DNA from: an uncultured Candidatus Sumerlaeota bacterium
GTDB taxonomy: Bacteria > Sumerlaeota > Sumerlaeia > SLMS01 > JAHLLQ01
Length of the DNA: 64,000 bases
Assembly (NCBI GenBank): GCA_964580585.1
Contig: CAZOKZ010000003.1
Location: 51,468-115,467 of the forward strand
Direction: 5' to 3'
Shown: positions 10,054 to 19,200 of the stretch, one piece after another
How the letters are laid out: every line of letters begins with the position of its first letter
Numbering within the stretch: the stretch's first letter is position 1
Made by a program: the position numbers and the translations under genes
The notes under the pieces: generated by a model
The model's input: only the letters and a program-made list of their open reading frames with translations
The model's database searches: none
What the model was told of the DNA's origin: nothing

Positions 10054-10617
10054 ATGAAAGAGACAGTCATGTTGGATCAATATTCAGTTGAACAAAAATT
10101 GTTAGGCGCGAACGTGCTCCTGTTCATCGTTATTACGGTTGCCGGCGTGGCGATGATGGTGCATCGGCCTGAAATTCCTGCCGATCCGCCGCTCGACGAA
10201 TTGCGTGGAATGCTGTCGGACATTTCGCTCGAAGTGCGCACCGACCCGAATCGCAACGCGTCGGACGAATTTACGAAATTTGGAAACGCGCCTATCTTTG
10301 AAACGTTAATATTATTACCAACGCCGTCGCCCACTCCCGAACCAACGCCGGAACCGCCACCGAGCCTGAAAGACGCCATCTTGGCATGGAAAGTCAAAGC
10401 CATTGCGGGAACGTTGGTAATTGTAGAAGACCCGCGTACGCGCGACGAATTCGTCATGGATTTAACGAAAAAAGACGAACCGAAGATTACGCGTTATCGT
10501 AATATTGAAATGCCGATTTACCTGGATTCGATCGATTCGCAAAATTACAAGGCGACGTTCAAATATACCAGCAGTCAAGGCGCACAGACGGTGACGAAAG
10601 GGATGTTTGACGAATAA
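10054..10617 (+). CDS. PilP/GspC-like protein (TM anchor, Pro-rich linker PTPSPTPEPTPEPPP, C-terminal beta domain)
   Basis: Architecture and position are the only evidence; this is the last gene of the cluster. Confidence 0.3.
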   Translation: MKETVMLDQYSVEQKLLGANVLLFIVITVAGVAMMVHRPEIPADPPLDELRGMLSDISLEVRTDPNRNASDEFTKFGNAPIFETLILLPTPSPTPEPTPEPPPSLKDAILAWKVKAIAGTLVIVEDPRTRDEFVMDLTKKDEPKITRYRNIEMPIYLDSIDSQNYKATFKYTSSQGAQTVTKGMFDE

Positions 10618-10622
10618 AGTTA

Positions 10623-11618
10623 TCAGCTGATTATTCGTCGGGCAGCGTCGAACAATCCGGCTTTTCTGCTGATGCGCGTGGCGGCCAGTGTCATCTCCAA
10701 TTGTGGCCCGAAATGACGTTTGAAACGAGCAATGCTTGGGGTGTTGGCGCCCACCCAATCGTAAAGTTGCGGCAAACCTTGCCGGTCGGTTTCTTCCAGC
10801 GCGCCGTAATGTAATAACGTCGGGGCGCCAGAGCCTAATTGCTCGGGATCGGATGCTCCGGCCAGATAATAAACGCGATGGGCATCGTGACCAAACAACC
10901 CCGCTGCGTGCACGTCTCCGTCCCCATTACGTACTTCAACGATGAAACCGGCGTCTTCGGATTTCAGCCAGGGACCCAACGATTCGATAGACGCGGCGAG
11001 CGTGGCATCGAGGCCCTGTCGTTTGGCATTCGTTTTCCAAAGTCGAGCGATGGCGCCCGTTTCCGAAGCGGATAACGTATGGCATTTTAGCCCTTCCTTG
11101 CGAGCTTTACGCGCCTGTCGTTTGACCGACGATCCGAAATCGCTTTCCCACGCACCGGGTGTTTCCCACGCGGTCAGATAATTATAATGCGGACGCACAT
11201 TCCAACCGTGCCACATTAAGCCGCGCGCGTCCGTAACACATGCGGGAAATATTGCATCTACTCGATCAACGGAAGCGGGAATTGCGCGGGCAATGGCTTC
11301 GAGTCCATCGCGCCAGAATCGTTCGGCTTCCGCTCCGTCGAGAGTGCTCGATTCCGCTCGCACGAGCGGTCCGCAGGATGGAGCAAAGTATGGCGATTGC
11401 CAAAACAGCAATCCTTTACGGCGAGCTTCGCAAAACGCGATTGCCATTTCGATTCGGTCGCCCCGCCATGCGCCGGCAAAACGCGCCTGTCGATTTCGCG
11501 CCGCATGCAATGCATAAGCGGGACGTTGCACCAGACTGCGGTTTGCACTGGCGTGCCACAACGATTCAAGCGTTGAGAGATCATTTTCGTCGAGCGTGCG
11601 TGCGGTCCAGTTGGTCAT
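10623..11618 (-). CDS. FemAB-like / GNAT-fold acyltransferase family protein
   Basis: At ~330 aa the size fits. The call rests on overall resemblance to the FemAB/Acetyltransf_6 family. It overlaps the upstream thioredoxin gene by 4 nt, so they form an operon. Confidence 0.4.
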   Translation of the reverse strand: MTNWTARTLDENDLSTLESLWHASANRSLVQRPAYALHAARNRQARFAGAWRGDRIEMAIAFCEARRKGLLFWQSPYFAPSCGPLVRAESSTLDGAEAERFWRDGLEAIARAIPASVDRVDAIFPACVTDARGLMWHGWNVRPHYNYLTAWETPGAWESDFGSSVKRQARKARKEGLKCHTLSASETGAIARLWKTNAKRQGLDATLAASIESLGPWLKSEDAGFIVEVRNGDGDVHAAGLFGHDAHRVYYLAGASDPEQLGSGAPTLLHYGALEETDRQGLPQLYDWVGANTPSIARFKRHFGPQLEMTLAATRISRKAGLFDAARRIIS

Positions 11619-12157
11619 TGAACGGGCTCGCTGCCAGCGATTTCACGCAGGAAAGCAACAGCATCCGCGTTGTCCCATGCCGTGGCGCCGGTGTACTCGA
11701 ATCGCACGCGTTGATCTTTGTCCAACACGATGGTATGCGGAGTGAAATTGATTGAAATCTCGGGTGGCAACGGGGCGGCGAGGACGAAAATTGGCAGAGT
11801 CAATTTTCGACTTTTTGCAAAGGATGCCACGCGTTTCAGATTGTTGTCGGCTGCCAGACAAACCACAACAATGTCTTTATCGTTTTTCAACTGGGTATGC
11901 AAACGTTGCAAACTTGGCATTTCACGAATGCACGGTGGGCAACTGGTGGACCAGATGTTAAGCAGCACGGTTTTCCCGGCAAAATTTTCCTCAAAGGAAA
12001 CCGGCGACCCATCTAAACCCACCATGGCGATGGGAACACTGAGTTTCGGCGCGGAGGCGCTGGCTTCAAATGTCGGGCCCGAGTGCGTGGATGTCACGAA
12101 CAGATAAAAAACTCCGGCGGTCAATAATACAGCGGTGAGTGTCAATGCTTCGTTCAT
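11615..12157 (-). CDS. TlpA/ResA-like periplasmic thiol:disulfide oxidoreductase (thioredoxin fold, WSTSCPPC)
   Basis: Has an N-terminal TM/signal and a CPPC active site in a thioredoxin-like context. Confidence 0.8.
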   Translation of the reverse strand: MNEALTLTAVLLTAGVFYLFVTSTHSGPTFEASASAPKLSVPIAMVGLDGSPVSFEENFAGKTVLLNIWSTSCPPCIREMPSLQRLHTQLKNDKDIVVVCLAADNNLKRVASFAKSRKLTLPIFVLAAPLPPEISINFTPHTIVLDKDQRVRFEYTGATAWDNADAVAFLREIAGSEPVQ

Positions 12158-12779
12158 GAGAAGGGATGGCCGTCGGTGATTTTTTTTTTGATACCGGGAA
12201 GAAAGGAGGTGAGAACGCTCGCCGCATTCTTCCTCAGGTTAGATTGTACTCGCATGCCGAGTCAAAAGGAACCGCAGAGTTGGGAATTCCAAAAAGTGTA
12301 CCATTTTCAGGTTGTTCATGCGTTTCCTTGAAATTTCGAACCGCCATTTCATTGCCTGCACTTGTTTTGGGTCTTACTGGTTGCCGTGTCGATTGGCCTG
12401 AAGGGGGGATGCCGTTCGCAAGGTTCGCGACTCCGGTATGCTTCTTTGCCAACCCGACGGAATCACACACTGGAACAACGAAGGACACGAGTTGGCGGCG
12501 GACTTGTTGCTGCCAGTAGTCGTTGAACAGATGTTGCGCCAATCAGTAAAATATGTGCATCGCCACAGGGTTATTCACCTCGTGTTTCTTGGTATTTTTG
12601 TGCCTTTACGATTGGGTTTTGTAATTTTGAGTGAAGATGAGAATTACGTTGAGTGGAAAAAAATCTGCGCAAAGCACTTGACAAAGATACCCCGGTCCAA
12701 GCACTCGTTAACTGCACATACGGACTTGGTGCGACGCATCGACTCCGGCCCGTTCAATGGCAACGACGAGGAAAAGTAG

Positions 12780-13051
12780 GTTTTCCCGGGCAGAGCATGA
12801 GAGAAGGAACCCACTGGCTGAGAGGTTCCCGCCCCCGGACTACTGAACTGGCCTCCGAGCCGCTGGCGCGAACGCGGACCCGCAAGGGCCGCCAGTAGTT
12901 CCAGCCGAAACGACCTCTCTCGTCAGCAGAGGATACGAAGGGTTCGCGTTCCCCGCATTGGGTTGAGCCGAACCGAAATCGGGGTGGTACCGCGCAAACA
13001 CCGCGCCCCCGGCAAGCCTCCACAGGCAATGCCGGGGGCGCTTTTCATTTT
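12780..13051 (+). ncRNA. Candidate structured ncRNA of unknown class, ending in a strong intrinsic terminator
   Basis: The region is GC-rich and non-coding, with many internal complementary segments. Its 3' end is a perfect 12-bp stem (gcgcccccggca / tgccgggggcgc) with a 15-nt loop. The run ttttcatttt follows at 13003-13051. A TTGACA at 12678 is a possible but weak promoter. The 5' end is undefined. Only spurious antisense ORFs overlap it. Confidence 0.25.
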
Positions 13052-13251
13052 GCGAGGTTCGCCACGATGACGACGACGCAGACAACTTTTTCGATTCGAC
13101 TGTCCCTCCTGGGTCTTCGACTTATCCTGCCATGATGGCCGCCCGACGCGCGGCGATCATGGCCTAAGCCGCTCGTTTCCCCTTTTCCATAGCAATACTT
13201 GCTCGCTTCTGACCCGGCTCGAAGCAGCCGAATCGAAAGGAATTTCCGAAA

Positions 13252-14847
13252 ATGACGAACACAGCGAACAACAACCGCGTTTATATCTTCGACACCACGT
13301 TGCGCGACGGCGAACAAGCCCCGGGCTGTTCGATGAACGCGCGCGAAAAACTGGAAGTCGCCCGCCAGTTGGCGCGCCTGGGCGTCGACATCATCGAGGC
13401 CGGTTTTCCGATCAGCTCGCCGGGCGACTTCGCCAGCGTGCGCGAAATCGCCGAAGTCGTTGGGACACAATCAGGAGCGCCGGTGATCGCGGGTTTAGCC
13501 CGTGCACGCGAAGGCGACATTCAACGCGCCTACGAAGCGGTAAACGCCGCGATGCGTCCGCGCATTCACACGTTCATCGCCACGTCGCCGATTCACATGG
13601 AACACAAGCTGCGCATGACGCCCGACCGCGTCATGGAAACCGCCGTCGAGATGGTGAAATTCGCCCGCTCGCTGGTCGCCGACGTCGAGTTCTCACTGGA
13701 AGACGCAGGACGCACGGACTGGGGTTTCATGGTCGAGATCGTGACCGCCGTGATCGAAGCAGGCGCGACGACGATCAACATTCCCGACACGGTGGGCTAT
13801 TGCCAGCCCGCCGGGTTTGGCGCCCAGATTCGCCACTTGTACCAGAACTGCCGCAACATCAACGACGCGATCATTTCGGTGCACTGTCACAACGATTTGG
13901 GGCTGGCGGTGGCGAATTCGCTGGCCGCCGTCGCCGAAGGCGCCCGCCAGGTCGAGTGTACGATCAATGGCTTGGGCGAACGCGCGGGCAACGCCTCGCT
14001 GGAAGAAGTCGTGATGAATTTCAAAACGCGCCACGATTTCTTTGGTATCGAGACGGGCATCAACACGCAGGAAATTTACCGCACGTCGCGTCTGGTCAGC
14101 GAAATGACCGGCCAGCGCGTGCAATCGAACAAAGCCATCGTGGGCGCGAACGCGTTTGCGCACGAATCCGGCATCCACCAGGACGGTATGCTGAAGCACG
14201 CACAGACGTATGAAATCATGACGCCCGAATCGGTCGGCTGGACCGGCGAAGGTTTGGTGCTGGGCAAGCACTCGGGGCGTCACGCGTTCAATACGCGCGT
14301 CGCCGCGTTGGGTTACACGTTGGACAAAGAAGAATTGGAAGCAGCGTTCGAACGTTTCAAAGAAGTGTGCGACAAGAAAAAGGAAGTGTACGAAGACGAC
14401 TTGATCGCGTTGGTGGACGAAGTCATGTTCAAAGGCGCGGCGACGTGGGAATTGGCCACGTACGAGTACGCATGCGGCCCGGACCGTCGTCCCAGCGCCA
14501 CGGTTTGCCTGTTTGTCGATGGCGAGAAAAAATGCGCCACCGGCACCGGCGACGGACCCGTCGATGCGGCGTTCAAAGCGGTCGATAGCTTGACCGACGC
14601 AAACGTTTCTCTGTCCGGGTTTACGTTGGACGCCATCACCGAGGGCGAAGATGCATTGGGCCGTGTGACGGTTTCCATCGAACGCGCGGGCGGTCGTCGT
14701 GTCAAAGGCCGCGCCGTGAGCACGGACATCATTCAGGCCGCGATCAAAGCGTACATCAACGCGCTCAACAGCCTGCACGTTCAGGAAACGTTGGCTGCCA
14801 GTCGCGCCTCGGCGGAGGCCGTTGCGGTGCCGTCGCACTTGGTGTAA
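13252..14847 (+). CDS. leuA: 2-isopropylmalate synthase
   Basis: Shows the HMGL-like TIM barrel signatures (TTLRDGEQ, HCHNDLGLAVANSLAAV). A C-terminal LeuA dimerisation/allosteric domain is present. Confidence 0.95.
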   Translation: MTNTANNNRVYIFDTTLRDGEQAPGCSMNAREKLEVARQLARLGVDIIEAGFPISSPGDFASVREIAEVVGTQSGAPVIAGLARAREGDIQRAYEAVNAAMRPRIHTFIATSPIHMEHKLRMTPDRVMETAVEMVKFARSLVADVEFSLEDAGRTDWGFMVEIVTAVIEAGATTINIPDTVGYCQPAGFGAQIRHLYQNCRNINDAIISVHCHNDLGLAVANSLAAVAEGARQVECTINGLGERAGNASLEEVVMNFKTRHDFFGIETGINTQEIYRTSRLVSEMTGQRVQSNKAIVGANAFAHESGIHQDGMLKHAQTYEIMTPESVGWTGEGLVLGKHSGRHAFNTRVAALGYTLDKEELEAAFERFKEVCDKKKEVYEDDLIALVDEVMFKGAATWELATYEYACGPDRRPSATVCLFVDGEKKCATGTGDGPVDAAFKAVDSLTDANVSLSGFTLDAITEGEDALGRVTVSIERAGGRRVKGRAVSTDIIQAAIKAYINALNSLHVQETLAASRASAEAVAVPSHLV

Positions 14848-14856
14848 GAATACAAC

Positions 14857-14898
14857 GCGGGCGAGGGACGGAGAAGTCTCTCGCCCGCATTTTATTTG
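14857..14898 (+). terminator. Rho-independent terminator after leuA
   Basis: The stem gcgggcgag / ctcgcccgc (9 bp) has loop ggacggagaagtct. The tract ttttattt follows. Confidence 0.6.
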
Positions 14899-14911
14899 AG
14901 AGAGATGACTC

Positions 14912-15235
14912 ATGCCGAAACCACCGATTCGTCGCCATCCGCAAAACGCCAAAGGCGACTTTTATTTCGCCGAGGGAATTTGCGTGAATTGCGATGGCCC
15001 GTCTGTGCGCGCGCCGGAATTTTTCGGCACCGTGGAAAGCGCGAATGGTGGCACGCAATGCATTGTTCGTCACCAACCGCAAACACCGGAAGAAATCAAT
15101 CGCGTGATCCAGGCCATGGAATCGTCGTGCTGCGGCGCGATGCGTTACGGAGGCAACGACATTCGAATCATCGCACGCTTGGAAGCTTCGGGGAACGGGA
15201 ATTTGTGCGACTGGCGGGAAGTAGATAAAGAATAA
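14912..15235 (+). CDS. Small ferredoxin-like protein (single Fe-S cluster type)
   Basis: DFYFAEGICVNCDGPSVRAPEFF resembles the mono-cluster ferredoxin motif C-x2-C-x3-P...APE-F. Further Cys residues lie downstream. The stop codon abuts the long hairpin element. Confidence 0.35.
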   Translation: MPKPPIRRHPQNAKGDFYFAEGICVNCDGPSVRAPEFFGTVESANGGTQCIVRHQPQTPEEINRVIQAMESSCCGAMRYGGNDIRIIARLEASGNGNLCDWREVDKE

Positions 15236-15381
15236 ACCACAGAGGCACAGAGACACGGAGGACGCACGGAGAAGAGTTTTATTAAAAAGACGTAGAGATT
15301 TTTTGAGGAAGTGAAATTATATTTCCTTCCTCTTTTTTATTTTTCTCCGTGATCCCTCCGTGTCTCTGTGCCTCTGTGGTT
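15236..15381. repeat. Long inverted-repeat (hairpin) element between convergent genes
   Basis: Arm 15236-15273 (ccacagaggcacagagacacggaggacgcacggag) is the reverse complement of 15344-15381. The 27-bp core is perfect. The ~70-nt loop is AT-rich. Arm 2 overlaps the last ~45 nt of the minus-strand TIGR02757-like CDS. Confidence 0.6.
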
Positions 15382-16233
15382 ATTTTTTTCTCCCCAGACC
15401 TCCCGAAGTCTCATGATGCCCGGTCGCGTCATCGAAAAATCGTAACGCGTCGGATCGTCAGGCGCGATGGCGCGTAGGGCATCGGTGATTTCCACTGCCG
15501 TGCGCAGGTCCGCCGTTTTGCGCGTTGTCAGTTTCAGCAACTCCGCCACGGCGAGCACGTGTGTATCGACGGGCATGATCAGGCGGCTGGGGGCGACATT
15601 CCACAGCCCTAAATCGATGCCGTCGTTTGGCCGACAAACCCAGCGCAAAAACAAATTCATGCGTTTGCAGCCGCTTTTTTTCGCGGGCGGCGTGAGCAAC
15701 AAATGCGCGCCCGACGGCAATGGGGACGGAGGCGCATCGCGCCGCGCCAGTGTGCGTTTTCGCGTGCGAAGGCCGGTGATTTTCTGCTCTGTCAATGCTT
15801 CGATCCAGCGTTGCAGCGTCGGCAAAATCGTCGATTCGTTTGGTTCGTCCAGCGATTGCCACATCGCGCCGAGCGATCCGTGCGTGCGCAATGCGCCGCC
15901 GATCCACGCCAGGTACAGACGTAAATCTTCGGCGCGAACCCAACGGTAAACGAACCCGCGATATAGACGCGCCCAGTCTTTCGGTTCGCGGGCGGCGAGC
16001 GCTCTGGCGGGATGGGGACGGAGGGGACGCAGAACGGTGTCCACGGCTCCTTGGATGGCTTTCACGTTGCCGAACGCGAACGACGCGGCGATCAGCGCGA
16101 CGACTTCGCGGTCGGCGGGGTCGTCGAATGTGTGCACGACGCCAAGCGGATCGGTGCCGAGCAGCGCTGGGTCGTGGTACTCGGCGTAGAGGTCGTCGAG
16201 CAGCGCGCGGAGAGCTTTCTGGCGGGCGTTCAT
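15337..16233 (-). CDS. TIGR02757-family (DUF2400) conserved hypothetical protein
   Basis: The C-terminal region has the characteristic LFLRWxxRP-DG-DLGLW and PVDTH motifs. The start overlaps the stop of the downstream DUF2339-like gene (operon). Confidence 0.55.
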   Translation of the reverse strand: MNARQKALRALLDDLYAEYHDPALLGTDPLGVVHTFDDPADREVVALIAASFAFGNVKAIQGAVDTVLRPLRPHPARALAAREPKDWARLYRGFVYRWVRAEDLRLYLAWIGGALRTHGSLGAMWQSLDEPNESTILPTLQRWIEALTEQKITGLRTRKRTLARRDAPPSPLPSGAHLLLTPPAKKSGCKRMNLFLRWVCRPNDGIDLGLWNVAPSRLIMPVDTHVLAVAELLKLTTRKTADLRTAVEITDALRAIAPDDPTRYDFSMTRPGIMRLREVWGEKNNHRGTETRRDHGEK

Positions 16234-19200
16234 GGAGTGCTGGAGCCTTCATCGTTGGGGGACGGAGGCACGGATGGTTCGGAATCGGGTTTTTCTTGCG
16301 GCAACAATCGGCGTTGCAAAAACACGTACGCCAATCCACCGAAAATCGTGAACAACCCGACGGCGAAGAATGCCACACCTTTGGTGCGAAGCGGAGACGA
16401 AACCAGATCGTGCGCGAAAATACGGGCGATCGTGAAAATTAACGTTGAGATACCCGCGTATCGAAAAGCTCTGTCCGCCATGAGTAAACCCGAGACGATT
16501 AACGCGATAAACACAACGCCCCACGAGGCGGTAATCAACACGTCGGTGACTAACGCGCCGCTTGCAAGAAAGACCAAGCCTGTTAGGGTGCCCGCAAATA
16601 CGAGCCAGTAGTTCATTGCCGGTGAAAAGAAAGCTTGCCAGAATTTCGATAGCTGTTCGACGTCGAATCTTTGTTTCGCGATTAGAAGAAGTCGGTGCGC
16701 AACGAGTGCCAACAACGCCACGCCAAGCCCGCAGAGCGCGTCGAAACGTGGTACGGAATTAAGGGTAACGAACGCCGCGATGCAGAAGGAGGGAATCAGC
16801 ATGAGCCAGGGGACGGAGACGGCAAGAAGGGCAAATCGACGTCGTGCAATTCCCAGGACGTAGAAAATGCCGACCGAAATCATTGCGCCGAAAATAAAAG
16901 GGATTTCTCCGTCCCCGAATACAAATAACGCGCCGTTCCAAACGACGGTAACTGCAAGCAGTATGAGCGTTTGCGCCACGAAATTCGATTTCATCCGACG
17001 CGCGGTCATGAACCATGCGCCGATTCCGGCAATAGAGAGAACTCCTGCCGAAACCAGGTTTGTTTTTGCGTCCACCATCACGGCGAGCAACAATGCAAGT
17101 CCCGCCAACGCCAAACCGCCAAAGTATCCCGGTCGAAAAATTTCCCAAGTCGTGTCGAAGGAGTTGTGGCGAAATTTTTCGTAGGGATCGACATCGGGTT
17201 GGCGAACCAGAACTGGCAATTCGGGCAGGCGGTTGCCCAACAATGCAATGAATGCCGCGGCGCCAGCCATTAAAGCGGCAAGGATGCCGCTGAACGGATC
17301 GTGATGTTCGAGCCGTACGCCTGCATAAAGAATGAGGCATAACGCGATGCAAAGTTGAACAAGAATGTTCAAAATTCGCGCGGGTAAATGCAGCGTTTTG
17401 CGCGCACAATCGCCCCACAAGTAGAGCATCGCGCCCCACCAGACGAATTGCAGGGGCACGTAACGCGCGGTGCTGCCGGCATTATCCATCATGAAAAAAA
17501 ACGCGCCCAGACAGAATATAACCGTACCAAGAAACCAGGCACGAGCACGCAATACTGCCATGCCAAGCACCAGGAGCGAGGATGCGATGCCCACACTGAG
17601 AATGATACCCAGATCGTTGTTGTTAAAATATTCTCCCATGGCCCAAATAATCGAAACGACTGCGACCAAAGACCGAAATTGTCCCGCACCCAGTTCAATC
17701 CACATCAACGGCCCGTGTGTGAATGATTCGACTTTGCGTACCCAGATGCGCTCCCATGGCAAGGCAGACGCGAGCAGGAAAATTCCCGGTAACATGGCCG
17801 CTACGAAATCGAATGGTGTCGTCAATGCGACCGATTTGAAATACGGCAACACGGTGAGAAATGCGCAAACGGCCGTCAGGGGACGGAGCCAGCGCATTCC
17901 GCGCGAGCGCGTCGCGGCAATTGCCACGACCAGCGCCATTGCCGCCATCACGGCGCTTTCCGCCATGCCGCTGAACGCCGCGACAATGCCCGATGCCGCC
18001 AGGACAAACACCATCAACGCGTGAAAGCCCAGCAGCGTGCCACGCCGTAACATCGGGACGAACAACCGCGCGGCTTCAAGTCCCGCCAGCGCAAACAGCA
18101 GCACATGCACACGATCCCAAAAGACGCTGGTGCTCCAAACCAGATAAACCGAAAGGGCGCTGAACAGCAGCGAATTCAGCAACGCGCCTCCCGTGGAAAA
18201 TGGGCTGGATTCCAGAACGATTTCCGGTGCGGCGTCGTGGCGGACGGCTTCCTCGGCGGCGCGTTCTCGCGCCAGCCAGATTCGTCCCCATTTCAAAAAC
18301 GCGGCACTGAAAACAAGGTGGTAAAATAATAACGCGCCGAGATGAGTCATCACGGGGAGGGGTGAATGGTCGATAGGCGAAATGATCCACAGCCCTAATG
18401 TGGCAAGGTACGTTCCCACCAGCGCTAACGAGGTCAGACGTTTCCACTCGTGGCGCACGAGCAATACTCCGGCAGCAAGCGCAAGGACCGAGAGGTTGAT
18501 CAACGCGAAACCCGCGCTGGTGTTGGCGCTGATTAATGCCGCCAGCACCCCGAGACCGAAGCCCATTCCCGCGACGCCTTCCGAACGCCATCTTTCCGCC
18601 AGCCCGACGATTCCGCCTGCGAATCCCACCATCAACAGCAGGGCGAACATCCGTGGGAAAATCGCCATCGCGTCGATAAACCCGCCTCCGAAAGACACAA
18701 AGTAGGCGAGCGCCAACGAAATAGCGATGGTGACGTGTCCGGCAGTTTCCGACCGCCGTTTTGCCCAGAATCCCGCTAGGCCGAGCATCCCGGCCACACC
18801 GTATCCGATGCCGACCTTCAGCCATGGGCTATCGAACAACGCGGCGATGATGGCCGCGCCAATCAGCGCGAACACACCGCCAATACGAGGCAACCATGTT
18901 GTCATCAAGCGCACTTCCCAGCCCTCGTCGCGCTTTGCGGGGGACGGAGCCGGTGGTGTCGCTTTCGCAATCTTGCCGTGGAACTCTTCTTCGCTCATGA
19001 ACTGCGCGGGAGCTGGGGATGGAGCAGAGTATGGCGGTTGTTGAACCGCAGGTGTAACGGGAATGGGTGGAGACACTTGAGGGGGTGTGTGTTCAACCGG
19101 GGTTGCTGGTGGTGGTGTCGGTGTTTCGGCCAGATGATCGAACGCCGGAGGGGCTGGCGGGGCGATCTCGACGGGTGGGTGTGTTTCCTGGGCCGCAACG

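Noticed and set aside
12166-12779. Plus- and minus-strand ORFs (117, 113, 102 aa) in the lower-GC intergenic stretch
   Set aside because: They have no RBS, no motifs and atypical composition. The region is more likely promoter/UTR of the candidate ncRNA and the minus-strand thioredoxin operon.
12780-13051. Assignment of the candidate ncRNA as RNase P RNA or tmRNA
   Set aside because: Some local resemblance to RNase P CR-II-like segments exists. However, the P4 consensus (GGAAAGUCCGGGCUCC / ACAGAACCCGGCUUA) and a tmRNA tag/CCA end were not found. The class is left unassigned.
13693-14952. 419-aa minus-strand ORF
   Set aside because: It is antisense to leuA, which is unambiguous.
15458-16442. 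306-aa minus-strand and 215-aa plus-strand ORFs rich in Arg/Ala
   Set aside because: They overlap the TIGR02757-family gene in alternative frames. The Arg-rich composition is typical of spurious GC-rich frames.
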